DNA of 64,000 nucleotides from a bacterium (GTDB lineage Bacteria > Electryoneota > Electryoneia > Electryoneales > Electryoneaceae). Shown here piece after piece: positions 50,502-59,792 of this stretch. The position numbers were made by a program, and so were the translations under genes. The first letter of the stretch is position 1. Each line of letters starts with the position of its first letter. The notes under the pieces were generated by a model, which worked only from the letters and a program-made list of their open reading frames with translations, was not told the origin of the DNA and ran no database searches. The stretch spans positions 1,440,001 to 1,504,000 of the forward strand of contig CAXXKJ010000002.1 of the NCBI GenBank assembly GCA_963675295.2, written 5' to 3'.

Positions 50502-51440
50502 TCAAAGTTTGAGAAAATCTTCCCATTCTATTCTTTCAGACAGGTTCTTCTGTTGAAATTCTGAGGCTTTGTGCGGCTTGCCAGAAAAATGAAAAGTTTG
50601 TATAGTGCCGTCATCAAATTCGATTTGGTAGTTTGGGGCTGTTTCACCCGTGTTACCAACCCACACATAACGAGGTATTATTTCCGGATATTCGGAATTT
50701 TCAAGAAGCGTACTTAGGTTAGATACTATTGAGTCTCGTATGTCAGGTGTTACATTCTTATTCACTTCATCATCATTTAATTTTATTGCACTACTTGCAA
50801 CAAAATCGTATGATTTTAATGCAACACCTAATATGTGAAGGAAATAGTCATTTCTAAAATCCTCTAACTTGGCGAATTTATCGTAAATTTCCTTCCATGT
50901 AATAACAGGTACTTTCAATGGTTCAGTAAACTTTTTGTATTGTTGTTCAGCTAGTAATAAGATATGAATTGGAGCCCTCCTGGTTGATAAGTTTTTACAT
51001 AGATGATTAATAACTTCCTTTTGTTTACTAACTTGATATTTTAGATCAGCAGTTGTTGTATATCCAAATAATTTAGCTTCTATAACTATTAATATAATTG
51101 TGTTATCAGGATATACAATGTTAAAAACAATATCCGGTGTATCAAATCGGCGAGGAGGGCTACCATAGGTTTTTATAACGTTTCCAACCCACGCTTTCTT
51201 CAAATTGTATTCTGTAAATATTTGGATATTTGTTCTGTTTCTATCAGCACAAATCGCAGGCCATTCTACTTTATTTTGCAACTTTTCATTTATCAAATTT
51301 AAAAATACCGATATATATTCAAATTGATTTTTGCATATGATTTGAGGTAATACAGTAGCCGTGTAAAATCGCTCATCCCGGCTTAACGGAAGACCCTTGC
51401 CAGAATTATCGATCCCGAAAACCTCCTCCACAGATTGCAT
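50502..51440 (-). CDS. PD-(D/E)XK nuclease-like protein
   Basis: ERFYTATVLP, TPDIVF...IVIEAK, ITW.EI. Confidence 0.7.
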   Translation of the reverse strand: MQSVEEVFGIDNSGKGLPLSRDERFYTATVLPQIICKNQFEYISVFLNLINEKLQNKVEWPAICADRNRTNIQIFTEYNLKKAWVGNVIKTYGSPPRRFDTPDIVFNIVYPDNTIILIVIEAKLFGYTTTADLKYQVSKQKEVINHLCKNLSTRRAPIHILLLAEQQYKKFTEPLKVPVITWKEIYDKFAKLEDFRNDYFLHILGVALKSYDFVASSAIKLNDDEVNKNVTPDIRDSIVSNLSTLLENSEYPEIIPRYVWVGNTGETAPNYQIEFDDGTIQTFHFSGKPHKASEFQQKNLSERIEWEDFLKL

Positions 51441-51471
51441 CGCATCCCCCGTCTCATGTTAAATAATAGTT

Positions 51472-51777
51472 CTATACTTGGGAATCATCCCCTTTCCAAC
51501 TCTCGCCGTTGATTTGATCAAGAAGCCTTTCCAAATTAGGACGGATATCTTGATCAGCGCTTTCCAGGCCTTCAAGGCAAATCTTTTTTGCATCTGCTAC
51601 CTGGCCCAGGTCAAGCAACAATTGTGCAGCCAGTCCACATGCATACGGATGCGCATCGGCTGTTGCCCACCGGCTGAAGATAACCGACTGCTGCGCACTT
51701 TGCGTTGCGCTGTTGACAAAGCCTTCGCTCGCCTCATGACTAGCACGTGCAAGTAATACCTTACTCATTTCGGCCAA
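51472..51777 (-). CDS. Hypothetical helical (TPR-like) protein, start uncertain
   Basis: AAQLLLDLGQVADAKKICLEGL resembles a TPR; the ORF relies on a TTG or nearby ATG start. Confidence 0.4.
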   Translation of the reverse strand: MAEMSKVLLARASHEASEGFVNSATQSAQQSVIFSRWATADAHPYACGLAAQLLLDLGQVADAKKICLEGLESADQDIRPNLERLLDQINGESWKGDDSQV

Positions 51778-52065
51778 AGCATCGCCGAAACAGATTCGAA
51801 AGGCTCGGTCGAAGGAGATAGGATCAGAACTAATATCTATGTTTTCTGCGCTAATGTGACCGACCTCCTTGCTAGCTAATCTAAGACCAAAACCATTTTA
51901 CCTACAGCTCTAAATCCGTCCCACTTCTGATGTCAGAGAATCTACCACTTTGGAAAAGTTAAAATTTTGCCGTTCAATTGCGAACATGAATTCAGATCAT
52001 TAGATTTGCTGCTCAGTAGATGCGCGAACTTCTCAAAGATAAATCACTCTCACAAGGGAACTAAA

Positions 52066-53301
52066 ATGTTCGGAAAATTTGTTCGGGTTCTTCAGAACGT
52101 CGCTAAAGGATTTGGCGACGCTGCCCAAACCGTAGCCCATGAAGGTGGAAAAGTCATTGATAAGGGCTTGAAAGTAACGGGGGATGCTGCCCAAACCGTA
52201 GCCCATGAAGGTGGAAAAGTCATTGATAAGGGCTTGAAAGTAACGGGGGATGCTGCCCAAACCGTAGCCCATGAAGGTGGAAAAGTCATTGATAAGGGCT
52301 TGAAAGTAACGGGGGATGCTGCCCAAACCGTAGCCCACGAAGGTGGAAAAGTCATTGATAAGGGCTTGAAAACAGCCGGTGAAGTGGGCGATGGTATAGG
52401 TAAAGGCATTAGGCAGGCAGCTGAAGAAAATAACGTCCTAAATATGGGTGCTAGGGAGAAAGCGCTAAAGGAGCTTGAAGGCGCTTATAACACTTATCAA
52501 CAGAAACGTGCAGAGCTCGAAGATCGGCTGGTGCGCCTGTACAATCTAAGGAAAGGTATCGCAGAAAAGACGCTACCATCTGTTGAGCTCTATCTAAGTG
52601 AATTAGCAAATGCGCCAAGAGAATTCAAAGTCGGGGCTAGAGAATTAAGCCTAGTTGCCCAGGAATTCACTGGAATAGCCGAGCAGGTAAAGTCAGAGGT
52701 TAAGAAAACAGACCAAAAAGCTATGACTGGCGTGGCTTTGGCAGCTGGAGGTGGTGCTGCCACAGCGGCGATGGCTCCTACCTTAGCGATGGCAGTAGCT
52801 ACTACTTTTGGCACAGCTTCCACAGGCACAGCGATCTCAACACTGTCTGGTGCAGCTGCAACACAAGCTGCCCTTGCTTGGCTCGGTGGTGGCACTCTAG
52901 CTGCAGGGGGTGGAGGAACAGCATTGGGCGCGCAGGTCATATCAGTGTTGTCTGGACCCATTGGTTGGGCTATTGCTGCGGCAGGCATTGCAGCTACCGG
53001 CTGGTTTGTTGACAAAAAGAACCGTGAAATTGCAGAAGAGGCTACTGAGAAAACAATAACGATTCGCTCCGAATCAGCCAGGCTGGGTACGATTAGGGAA
53101 TCTACAGAACGATTAATTAACCAGACTGGCAAGCATCAGAAAGGCGTTACGGATCACCTTAGCTGGATCCGTCAAAACGCACCTCAGGATTACAAGCACT
53201 TTACTGACCAAGACAAAACAGAGTTAATGGCCTTAATCAACAATGTACGGTCCTTGACTCAGCTTCTTTCTGAACGAATTGACCCAACTGAGGGTAGCTG
53301 A
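52066..53301 (+). CDS. Coiled-coil / glycine-zipper membrane-associated protein with N-terminal 22-aa repeats
   Basis: 4x GDAAQTVAHEGGKVIDKGLK(VT); long Ala/Gly hydrophobic stretch ASTGTAISTLSGAAAT.A.LAWLGGG.LAAGGGG flanked by coiled coils. Confidence 0.8.
   Translation: MFGKFVRVLQNVAKGFGDAAQTVAHEGGKVIDKGLKVTGDAAQTVAHEGGKVIDKGLKVTGDAAQTVAHEGGKVIDKGLKVTGDAAQTVAHEGGKVIDKGLKTAGEVGDGIGKGIRQAAEENNVLNMGAREKALKELEGAYNTYQQKRAELEDRLVRLYNLRKGIAEKTLPSVELYLSELANAPREFKVGARELSLVAQEFTGIAEQVKSEVKKTDQKAMTGVALAAGGGAATAAMAPTLAMAVATTFGTASTGTAISTLSGAAATQAALAWLGGGTLAAGGGGTALGAQVISVLSGPIGWAIAAAGIAATGWFVDKKNREIAEEATEKTITIRSESARLGTIRESTERLINQTGKHQKGVTDHLSWIRQNAPQDYKHFTDQDKTELMALINNVRSLTQLLSERIDPTEGS
52120..52371 (+). 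repeat. In-frame 66-bp tandem repeat, ~3.8 units
   Basis: GCTGCCCAAACCGTAGCCCAYGAAGGTGGAAAAGTCATTGATAAGGGCTTGAAA recurs at 52120, 52186, 52252 and 52318. Confidence 0.95.
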
Positions 53302-53303
53302 AA

Positions 53304-54785
53304 GTGGCGAAGAAAAGGCAGAAAGCAGACCCAAACAGTCACCTCTCTGGACAGATCATTGGTGCCGGTGTTGATGCCGAAAAAGCTAGTCGACTGGCAG
53401 CAGAAACCGCAGCAATTTCCGCACAGGATCGAGCGTATGCTGCTGCAAGTGATTCCATTGACCAGGTCAGGAAATTTGTTGGAAGCCCGGAACACATCCT
53501 TGGAAATCCCGACACCAAACATGGAGAAATCGCCGAACATGCGCAAGTAGCTATTGATAACTCAAATGCTTTGCTTCAGCAACAAAGTCCTTCATCAACT
53601 TTCGATGGTGTAAGTAGAACGGATCCTGCTGACTACTTGAGGGACGGTGTATTTGTTCAATCCAAATATATCAATGGACTTAATAAAAACCTTCAGCACG
53701 TTCTGGATCATTTGCGCCAATATCCAGATTTTGGCCGTGGTGAAGAATACTATCACATTCCCAAAAATCACTTCAATGGCATCATGGAAGTGGTTCGGAA
53801 TAATGAGTACTCCACGTTGAACACTAGAAGTATTGCGGCAATCCAGGATAAAATTTCGAGGATTGAAGCATCCACTGGTCGTGACTTCACTGACGTCGTC
53901 AGACCAGGAGCTCTTGATTATGCAGCAGTTCAGCAAGGTAAAATCCATACAACGCTTGATGAGTGCGATAATTCCCTTAAAATCAGGAACGAAGAGCTGA
54001 AGCAAGAAATCTACCAGGAGCACCAGGCATCACTTGGTGGTGCAATTATGGCCGCGGGCGGTGGGGCGGCCGTAGGTGCAGGAATTCGACTGGTCAAAGT
54101 GTATTTTGACAAGAAGAACGAAGGAAGAGATTTATTTAAAGGCGAGTTCACGACCCAGGACTGGCAGGACTTTGGACTTCAGGGTGTTGGCGGAGCTGTT
54201 CAAGGTGGTGTTTCCGGTGCGGCAATATATGCCTTGACTAACGCCACAGATATGGCGGCCCCTTTTGCTGCAGCATTTGTGACAAGCGGAATCGCCATCG
54301 GTCGGTTAGCTTATGACTACAAGCAAGGTCGGATTTCACAAGAAGAATTAGTAGAAAATGGCTTAGTTGTTTGTCTTGAAGGTGGTATTGTAGCTCTAAC
54401 CACAATTGCTGGTCAGACGCTGATTCCTGTCCCAATACTGGGATCGGTTTTGGGCGCAGTGTCAGGAAGAGTGTTGGTTGCCGTAGGCAGAAATGTACTT
54501 GGACAAGCGGATGCGCAACTATGGGAGATGCTAGAGGCACGGCTGGATCAAGCTCAATCAGCCACAGAACATAAATACCTGCCAGTTTTCCAAGAGATTA
54601 CAGCAAAATTCGATTACCTTGAGGATCTTTCAAACATAGCGTTCGATCTTGACAATAATTGCTCGTTAGTACGCTTGAGTGCTAGCATCAACATGGCAAG
54701 GCATTTGAATGTCCCTGAAGAAGAAATCATGCGCAAATATGAAGACCTTGATCGGTTCATAGTAGGCAATGGGTCAGCATCATAA
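53304..54785 (+). CDS. Protein with restriction-endonuclease-like N-terminus and hydrophobic Gly-rich C-terminus
   Basis: KHGEIAE...ADY...VQSK (E-D-QxK); several GxxxG hydrophobic helices; 2 nt after the upstream stop. Confidence 0.7.
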   Translation: MAKKRQKADPNSHLSGQIIGAGVDAEKASRLAAETAAISAQDRAYAAASDSIDQVRKFVGSPEHILGNPDTKHGEIAEHAQVAIDNSNALLQQQSPSSTFDGVSRTDPADYLRDGVFVQSKYINGLNKNLQHVLDHLRQYPDFGRGEEYYHIPKNHFNGIMEVVRNNEYSTLNTRSIAAIQDKISRIEASTGRDFTDVVRPGALDYAAVQQGKIHTTLDECDNSLKIRNEELKQEIYQEHQASLGGAIMAAGGGAAVGAGIRLVKVYFDKKNEGRDLFKGEFTTQDWQDFGLQGVGGAVQGGVSGAAIYALTNATDMAAPFAAAFVTSGIAIGRLAYDYKQGRISQEELVENGLVVCLEGGIVALTTIAGQTLIPVPILGSVLGAVSGRVLVAVGRNVLGQADAQLWEMLEARLDQAQSATEHKYLPVFQEITAKFDYLEDLSNIAFDLDNNCSLVRLSASINMARHLNVPEEEIMRKYEDLDRFIVGNGSAS

Positions 54786-54926
54786 ATTTGGTCTACCACC
54801 TGCTTCAACATTTTTAACGTCTGACAGGTTTGTTGAGAGACTTTGCAGAAACGTCTCGACCTCTTCCATTTCAAAGGCCTTAGGCCAAGGCCGATTTCTG
54901 TTGACTAGTGAAAGGTAAACAGCAAA

Positions 54927-56030
54927 GTGAATACTCCAAACCTGTTCAATTTTGCGACGTCTGAACTATCACAGGATGCAACACTTGCCTACATCCTCGC
55001 CTGGGCAAAACCTGAGTACAAGGCAAATGGCTATCTACTGAACCGACTTGGCGAGTCATTACTACGTGCAATGGTCGAAAGCTGGGCTCGAGCCACAGAC
55101 AATCCGGATCCACTAGAAGGTGTTCCGATAGCTTTAGTTGAGGTAGGAACGCAACGGAATCACATTGATCTGTGGGCTAAAATCAATGATGATCTAGTAC
55201 TGATCGTTGAGGACAAAACCCAGACAGTTGAACATTCTGATCAAATTGCTAGATACCAGCAAAAAGCCGCGAATATGTGGCCGGAACGCATGGCAGTTGC
55301 AGTATATGCAAAAACAGGTAACGAGTGTCTTCCATCGCTAGAGGAAGGCGACAAGCACTTCGGTATGTTCTTGCGTCCTGACTTGCTGGAAGTACTGGAT
55401 TCTGTAATCGAGACAGACAACACCATCCTCGCAGAATTCAAACAGTACTTACAAACCTGGCAAGATGAAACTGACAGCTACCAAACTGAACCATACTATC
55501 GCTGGAAAACGAAAGAAGATCGTAACTGGCGAGCGACACACGCAATTGAAGGGTTTTATGACGAATTGAATCGTTGGTTGACCAGTATGGGTGAATGGTC
55601 GAACTGGGGTTATGTCGCAAACCCGAATGGCGGATTCATGGGCTTCTGGTGGTATTGGAAAGTGCACCATGGATTGAACTGTGAACTCTACCTTCAGATT
55701 GAAAGCGGATGGCGTCTCCAGATCAGGGTTAACCGTCTGCCGGACGAGGACAAGAACTACGAAAAGGTAACCAAGGATCTTATGTGGGATGCCTGGTTCG
55801 CCATTGAAGCTGCAGCTGCCGCACCTGCGTTCGATCTAATCCAGATCAATAAGTCGGGTCGATATCGTGGTGGCAAAATGGCATCGGTGGCCGACGTGAC
55901 GTTCTATGACAAAGACACTTACCTCGCTTCCAAAAGCGACGGTATCATCCACATGCCAGGCACAAAGCGTAACCTGCAGCTGGCAATGCAGCTCGTTGAT
56001 GCGGTTTGCACTCGATCCAAAGAGGAGTAG
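54927..56030 (+). CDS. PD-(D/E)XK nuclease family protein (PDDEXK_4-like)
   Basis: PNLFNFATSELSQDA, IDLW...LIVEDK, HSDQ..RY. Confidence 0.8.
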   Translation: MNTPNLFNFATSELSQDATLAYILAWAKPEYKANGYLLNRLGESLLRAMVESWARATDNPDPLEGVPIALVEVGTQRNHIDLWAKINDDLVLIVEDKTQTVEHSDQIARYQQKAANMWPERMAVAVYAKTGNECLPSLEEGDKHFGMFLRPDLLEVLDSVIETDNTILAEFKQYLQTWQDETDSYQTEPYYRWKTKEDRNWRATHAIEGFYDELNRWLTSMGEWSNWGYVANPNGGFMGFWWYWKVHHGLNCELYLQIESGWRLQIRVNRLPDEDKNYEKVTKDLMWDAWFAIEAAAAAPAFDLIQINKSGRYRGGKMASVADVTFYDKDTYLASKSDGIIHMPGTKRNLQLAMQLVDAVCTRSKEE

Positions 56031-56108
56031 GGACGACGGACAAAACAGCGATTCTGCTTGTTCAGCAGAAACCAGAATCGCTCGCACTTGTAATCCTAGG
56101 GAGCAGAC

Positions 56109-56696
56109 ATGGCACTGCGAGACTACGATCGTTACGTCAATAACAGCATCTTGAAGGCGTCTACCCGGCCCCAAGTTTCTAGCACTTGTTCTGTGAATGC
56201 GATGGCAACAGCGATAAATGCAGCATTTGGGCTTTCGCTATTTCCAAGTGAAGTGGAAGAAATCTGTGGCTGGAAACGTACTTGGGTTCAAGACGGTGAA
56301 GTCGGAAATGATGAATTGGAATGGGGTATGAAGGAAATTATCAAGCAGAAAAAACTTTCAGGGAAAGTCACCCGCTTTCTCACTTCGGTCAAACTGGGTG
56401 AGCAGAACATTGAGAAAACTTGGACCCGGCTTAAAAAAGCGATTCGGGCTAAAAACATTGCACTAATTTATCACATGCCGGGTCACTACACAGTCCTCGG
56501 AGGATATTTTGAGGAACCCTGGGACGTAAAATCCAAGAATAGCACGGCATTCGAAAACAGAAGGGATTGGGTAGTGATAGCTGAGCACTCAAGGAATAAG
56601 AAAGATACTCCTATATGGTGCATGACCTGGAAGGAACTGAGGTGCGATATTCGAGACGACAGCAATCATATGATATTCCGCGTTTCGAAGCTTTAA
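56109..56696 (+). CDS. Papain-fold (C39-like) cysteine peptidase-like protein, BIVM-like
   Basis: RPQ....C (oxyanion Gln and catalytic Cys), IYH..GHY (His), W.VIAE.S. Confidence 0.65.
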   Translation: MALRDYDRYVNNSILKASTRPQVSSTCSVNAMATAINAAFGLSLFPSEVEEICGWKRTWVQDGEVGNDELEWGMKEIIKQKKLSGKVTRFLTSVKLGEQNIEKTWTRLKKAIRAKNIALIYHMPGHYTVLGGYFEEPWDVKSKNSTAFENRRDWVVIAEHSRNKKDTPIWCMTWKELRCDIRDDSNHMIFRVSKL

Positions 56697-57146
56697 ACTG
56701 GAACTCATCTTTTTATCCAGACCGGCGAAAGATACTAAACAGCAGATTAGAGCGCTCTGACTACTCACTTTGATTCTAACGATGACCATTTGCCGATGTC
56801 TATTTATAGTAGCAGCTTGAACCTGCTAAATCATCTGCATAAACAAGGCAATCTAATCATCTCTAGCTGTTATTGTAAGTCTTACCAGATAAGGACCACT
56901 AAACGTTTCACTCCTAAATGTGATGGGTTACTAAGTAGCTATTCTAGCTGATGTACAGTATTCAGCAGTTTCACATCGACCGACGTTTAACGAAACAAGC
57001 TTGTTCACACGAATCTGCTTCAATCGAACATTTGTACCAAGCAAGCTCGAGCAGATGCAGTAGTTGATGTTAGTTCAGTTACAACGCAATTTGCTACAGG
57101 AATTTTTGGGGTGCCTGACCGGATCGGGCATCCTTACTCTTTCGAA

Positions 57147-57224
57147 CCTATATCATCAGTATTTTAGGAGAAGCAGGTCGATGAAGCGAGTGAAGAGTGG
57201 TGGCACAGTGCCGCACCACGATAA
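57147..57224 (+). pseudogene. Degenerate third copy (C) of the 'EWW' gene
   Basis: Frame reads PISSVF*EKQVDEASEEWWH, in register with copy B PDSAVHQARQIDSMFEEWWQ; TAG at 57165 replaces CAG. Confidence 0.55.
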
Positions 57225-57411
57225 ATAAAAAGCCAATGGCAGGAGGTGTCAGTGGTATCGAAAGGTCCTCGCTCCGCTCAATTTCCTGCAGTTGGGTTTG
57301 AACTAGATATGATGAACCGCTACCTTTGGTGGTTGGAGGTAAAGATCATGTTGGCATATGCCGACAATCGACGAATTCGTCGACGTATTTGTGGGATTTC
57401 TCGAGGTACGT

Positions 57412-58863
57412 ATGATCACCCAGATAAGATTGGAAAATTTTAAGTGTTTTCGTGACCTGGTTACGGTAGACTTGAAGCCGATAACAGTATTCGTAGGTCC
57501 TAACTCTGGCGGCAAAAGTACACTTACCCAACCTTTGCTATTGTTTAAACAGTCTAAACTTTTCAAAGCATCTAAAAATGAAATCCCAACCAGTGGTCCA
57601 ATAATTGACTTAGGAGAACCAAAACATCTGTTCAATACTTCTGCGCCAAATAACGAAATGGTGCTCGGCCTGAGCATAGCAGAAACAAATTTCCACCCAG
57701 ACGGTGATGCTTATCGTCCAATCACAAACACTGCAGAACTATCCAACAAGGAGATTATGTTCAACCCTGTATCAGATTTTGACATAATAGTTTCTGCCAA
57801 TGACAAACTATATTTAGATAGATTCAAGTTAAATGGATTGCGTTTTCTTATAAATAATAACTATATACCACGTTACAGTTTACTAAACGACAGCAATACG
57901 AATTTTGAAATTGATAAGAAAAGAAGCATTCTTAGTGAGCTAAATATTGACGGAAACTTCGGCAATTTCAAAGTATCTAAACGTAGTATTGGCTATAGCG
58001 ATGAAGAAGGCCGGCTTGTCATAGACACTAGTAAAAAACATCAGGATGAAGATTTTTTGCGAAAAGAACATCTTATGGAAGTAGGAATATCTAACCTAAA
58101 TTTTTTTCCTCAAATATTGCACTTTGTTCCTGCATGGCGTTCTATTCCAAAGTATTTCACACAATATAAATCAATATCACCACATAACAGTGATACATCT
58201 TATTTAGAAACAATTATTGGGCGCTATACTAATTACATGGCATCTAATGATCAACCTTATAAAGATAATAGTATAGAAGATAATTGGCTAAAGAAGTTAA
58301 ATATAGGGTATAGACTCGTATCACGCGCATATAAGCATGGGATTGAACTTCTTGTAGATGTAGATGGTGACAACCTAATTAATGTCGCCTCTATGGGAAT
58401 GGGAGTATCACAATTAATTCCTATAATAATATTATCCAATATAGATTATATAGATACATTGATTATTCAAGAGCCTGAATCACATCTTCATCCAAATACA
58501 CAACGTAAAATTGCTGAACTATTGGCCGCTAATGTAGGAAATAGACAAGATGAAGTAGCTCACATAGGTATTCGAAATAAAGAGGGCATAATTAACAAAT
58601 TGAGACCGTTAACACTTGGATCACAGTATATTATCGAGACGCATAGTGAACACATAGTACGCGGATTCCAGATTGCAGTGGCAAAAGGTATAATTAAGAA
58701 TTCAGATGTTGCCATATATTTTGTCGACGCAAGCCAGGAGAATCCAATCGTACCCATGGAACTCGATGAGAAAGGAATGTTAATGCGCAAATGGCCGAAC
58801 GATTTCTATGGGTTGGCGTACTCTATGACACTGGAGCTAAACCAGATTCAATCCGACAATTGA
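57412..58863 (+). CDS. ABC/AAA-type ATPase with DUF3696-like C-terminus (copy 2)
   Basis: Same motifs and same length (1452 nt) as 33958-35409. Confidence 0.85.
   Translation: MITQIRLENFKCFRDLVTVDLKPITVFVGPNSGGKSTLTQPLLLFKQSKLFKASKNEIPTSGPIIDLGEPKHLFNTSAPNNEMVLGLSIAETNFHPDGDAYRPITNTAELSNKEIMFNPVSDFDIIVSANDKLYLDRFKLNGLRFLINNNYIPRYSLLNDSNTNFEIDKKRSILSELNIDGNFGNFKVSKRSIGYSDEEGRLVIDTSKKHQDEDFLRKEHLMEVGISNLNFFPQILHFVPAWRSIPKYFTQYKSISPHNSDTSYLETIIGRYTNYMASNDQPYKDNSIEDNWLKKLNIGYRLVSRAYKHGIELLVDVDGDNLINVASMGMGVSQLIPIIILSNIDYIDTLIIQEPESHLHPNTQRKIAELLAANVGNRQDEVAHIGIRNKEGIINKLRPLTLGSQYIIETHSEHIVRGFQIAVAKGIIKNSDVAIYFVDASQENPIVPMELDEKGMLMRKWPNDFYGLAYSMTLELNQIQSDN
57442..57527 (+). repeat. 86-bp exact repeat of 33988-34073
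   Basis: AAGTGTTTTCGTGACCTGG...GGCAAAAGTACACTTAC is identical in both ATPase genes. Confidence 0.95.
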
Positions 58864-58877
58864 GTCTGGAGGACGCT

Positions 58878-59732
58878 ATGGACTTCGATATAGCTTTCAG
58901 TCCTGACGTATTGAGATTTTTTGTGCTAAAGAATCCTGAGTCAGGAGAACGACTGATCGATATAATGAGTGAGCGGCGCCATAAACTGGTAGTTGATGAA
59001 CATGGAGCTGCCCTACATCTTTATGAAGAAGCGTGTGGAGAAGCGTGGGAGTATTTTTTTCGAGAGTTTGGATCGTATGTCCAATCCCGCAAGATTAATT
59101 CGCCAAAAGATTCTGATGATGCTGATTTCTTGCTAGACTTAGCTTCAAGATCACGAGATCGTGTTTGGATTGGAAGCGGATCGACTGACAGAGAATTGAT
59201 ACGACTTAGCATTGATGAGCTGCTAGAAAATGGAAACATATTATTCTACACTTACACTCAGGTTCCCCCACGCGAATTCAGAAAAGGTCACGACGCTAGT
59301 GGGTTTCTAAAGAGTCTACATCACATGATAGCTCGAACAAGGCATGATGAGATCCGGCTCGAAGATCCATATATCACTGCTGTCGAAGACGAGTTCTTGG
59401 AATTCTTGTGTAATGCGATGACGAGTTCAGATTGCAAGGTGCTCGTCATGCCTTGGAAGGATATGGAAGTACCAAATTCTAGAACAACCAGGGAATCAAT
59501 AAGTCAGTACATGGAAGCGTCAAATATTCGGGTAGTATGGCAGAAGTATCCAAAACTTGATTTTCACGACAGACGTATACGCGGTGACGATTTTATCTAT
59601 GATCTCCACAATTCATTCAGTCGGATCGACATGAAGCGGCGTCAGTTCCGTGGCCAATTTAGATTCAGCATATCGCGTGCAGATGAACTTGTTAAAATCG
59701 AAGATCCGCCCAAAGTTTCCATTTCTTTATAA
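58878..59732 (+). CDS. ATPase partner with C-terminal MIT_C/PLD-like HDR domain (copy 2)
   Basis: ATG at 58878 after GGAGG; HKLVVD; EIRLEDPYI and FHDRRIRGDDFIYDL. Confidence 0.65.
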   Translation: MDFDIAFSPDVLRFFVLKNPESGERLIDIMSERRHKLVVDEHGAALHLYEEACGEAWEYFFREFGSYVQSRKINSPKDSDDADFLLDLASRSRDRVWIGSGSTDRELIRLSIDELLENGNILFYTYTQVPPREFRKGHDASGFLKSLHHMIARTRHDEIRLEDPYITAVEDEFLEFLCNAMTSSDCKVLVMPWKDMEVPNSRTTRESISQYMEASNIRVVWQKYPKLDFHDRRIRGDDFIYDLHNSFSRIDMKRRQFRGQFRFSISRADELVKIEDPPKVSISL

Positions 59733-59792
59733 CCAAGATAAGAAGAATTAGATATTTGATTAATTCATTACCAAAGAACGAGGAAACATCAA

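Noticed and set aside
52120-52371. CRISPR array
   Set aside because: Contiguous in-frame tandem units without unique spacers, and no cas genes.
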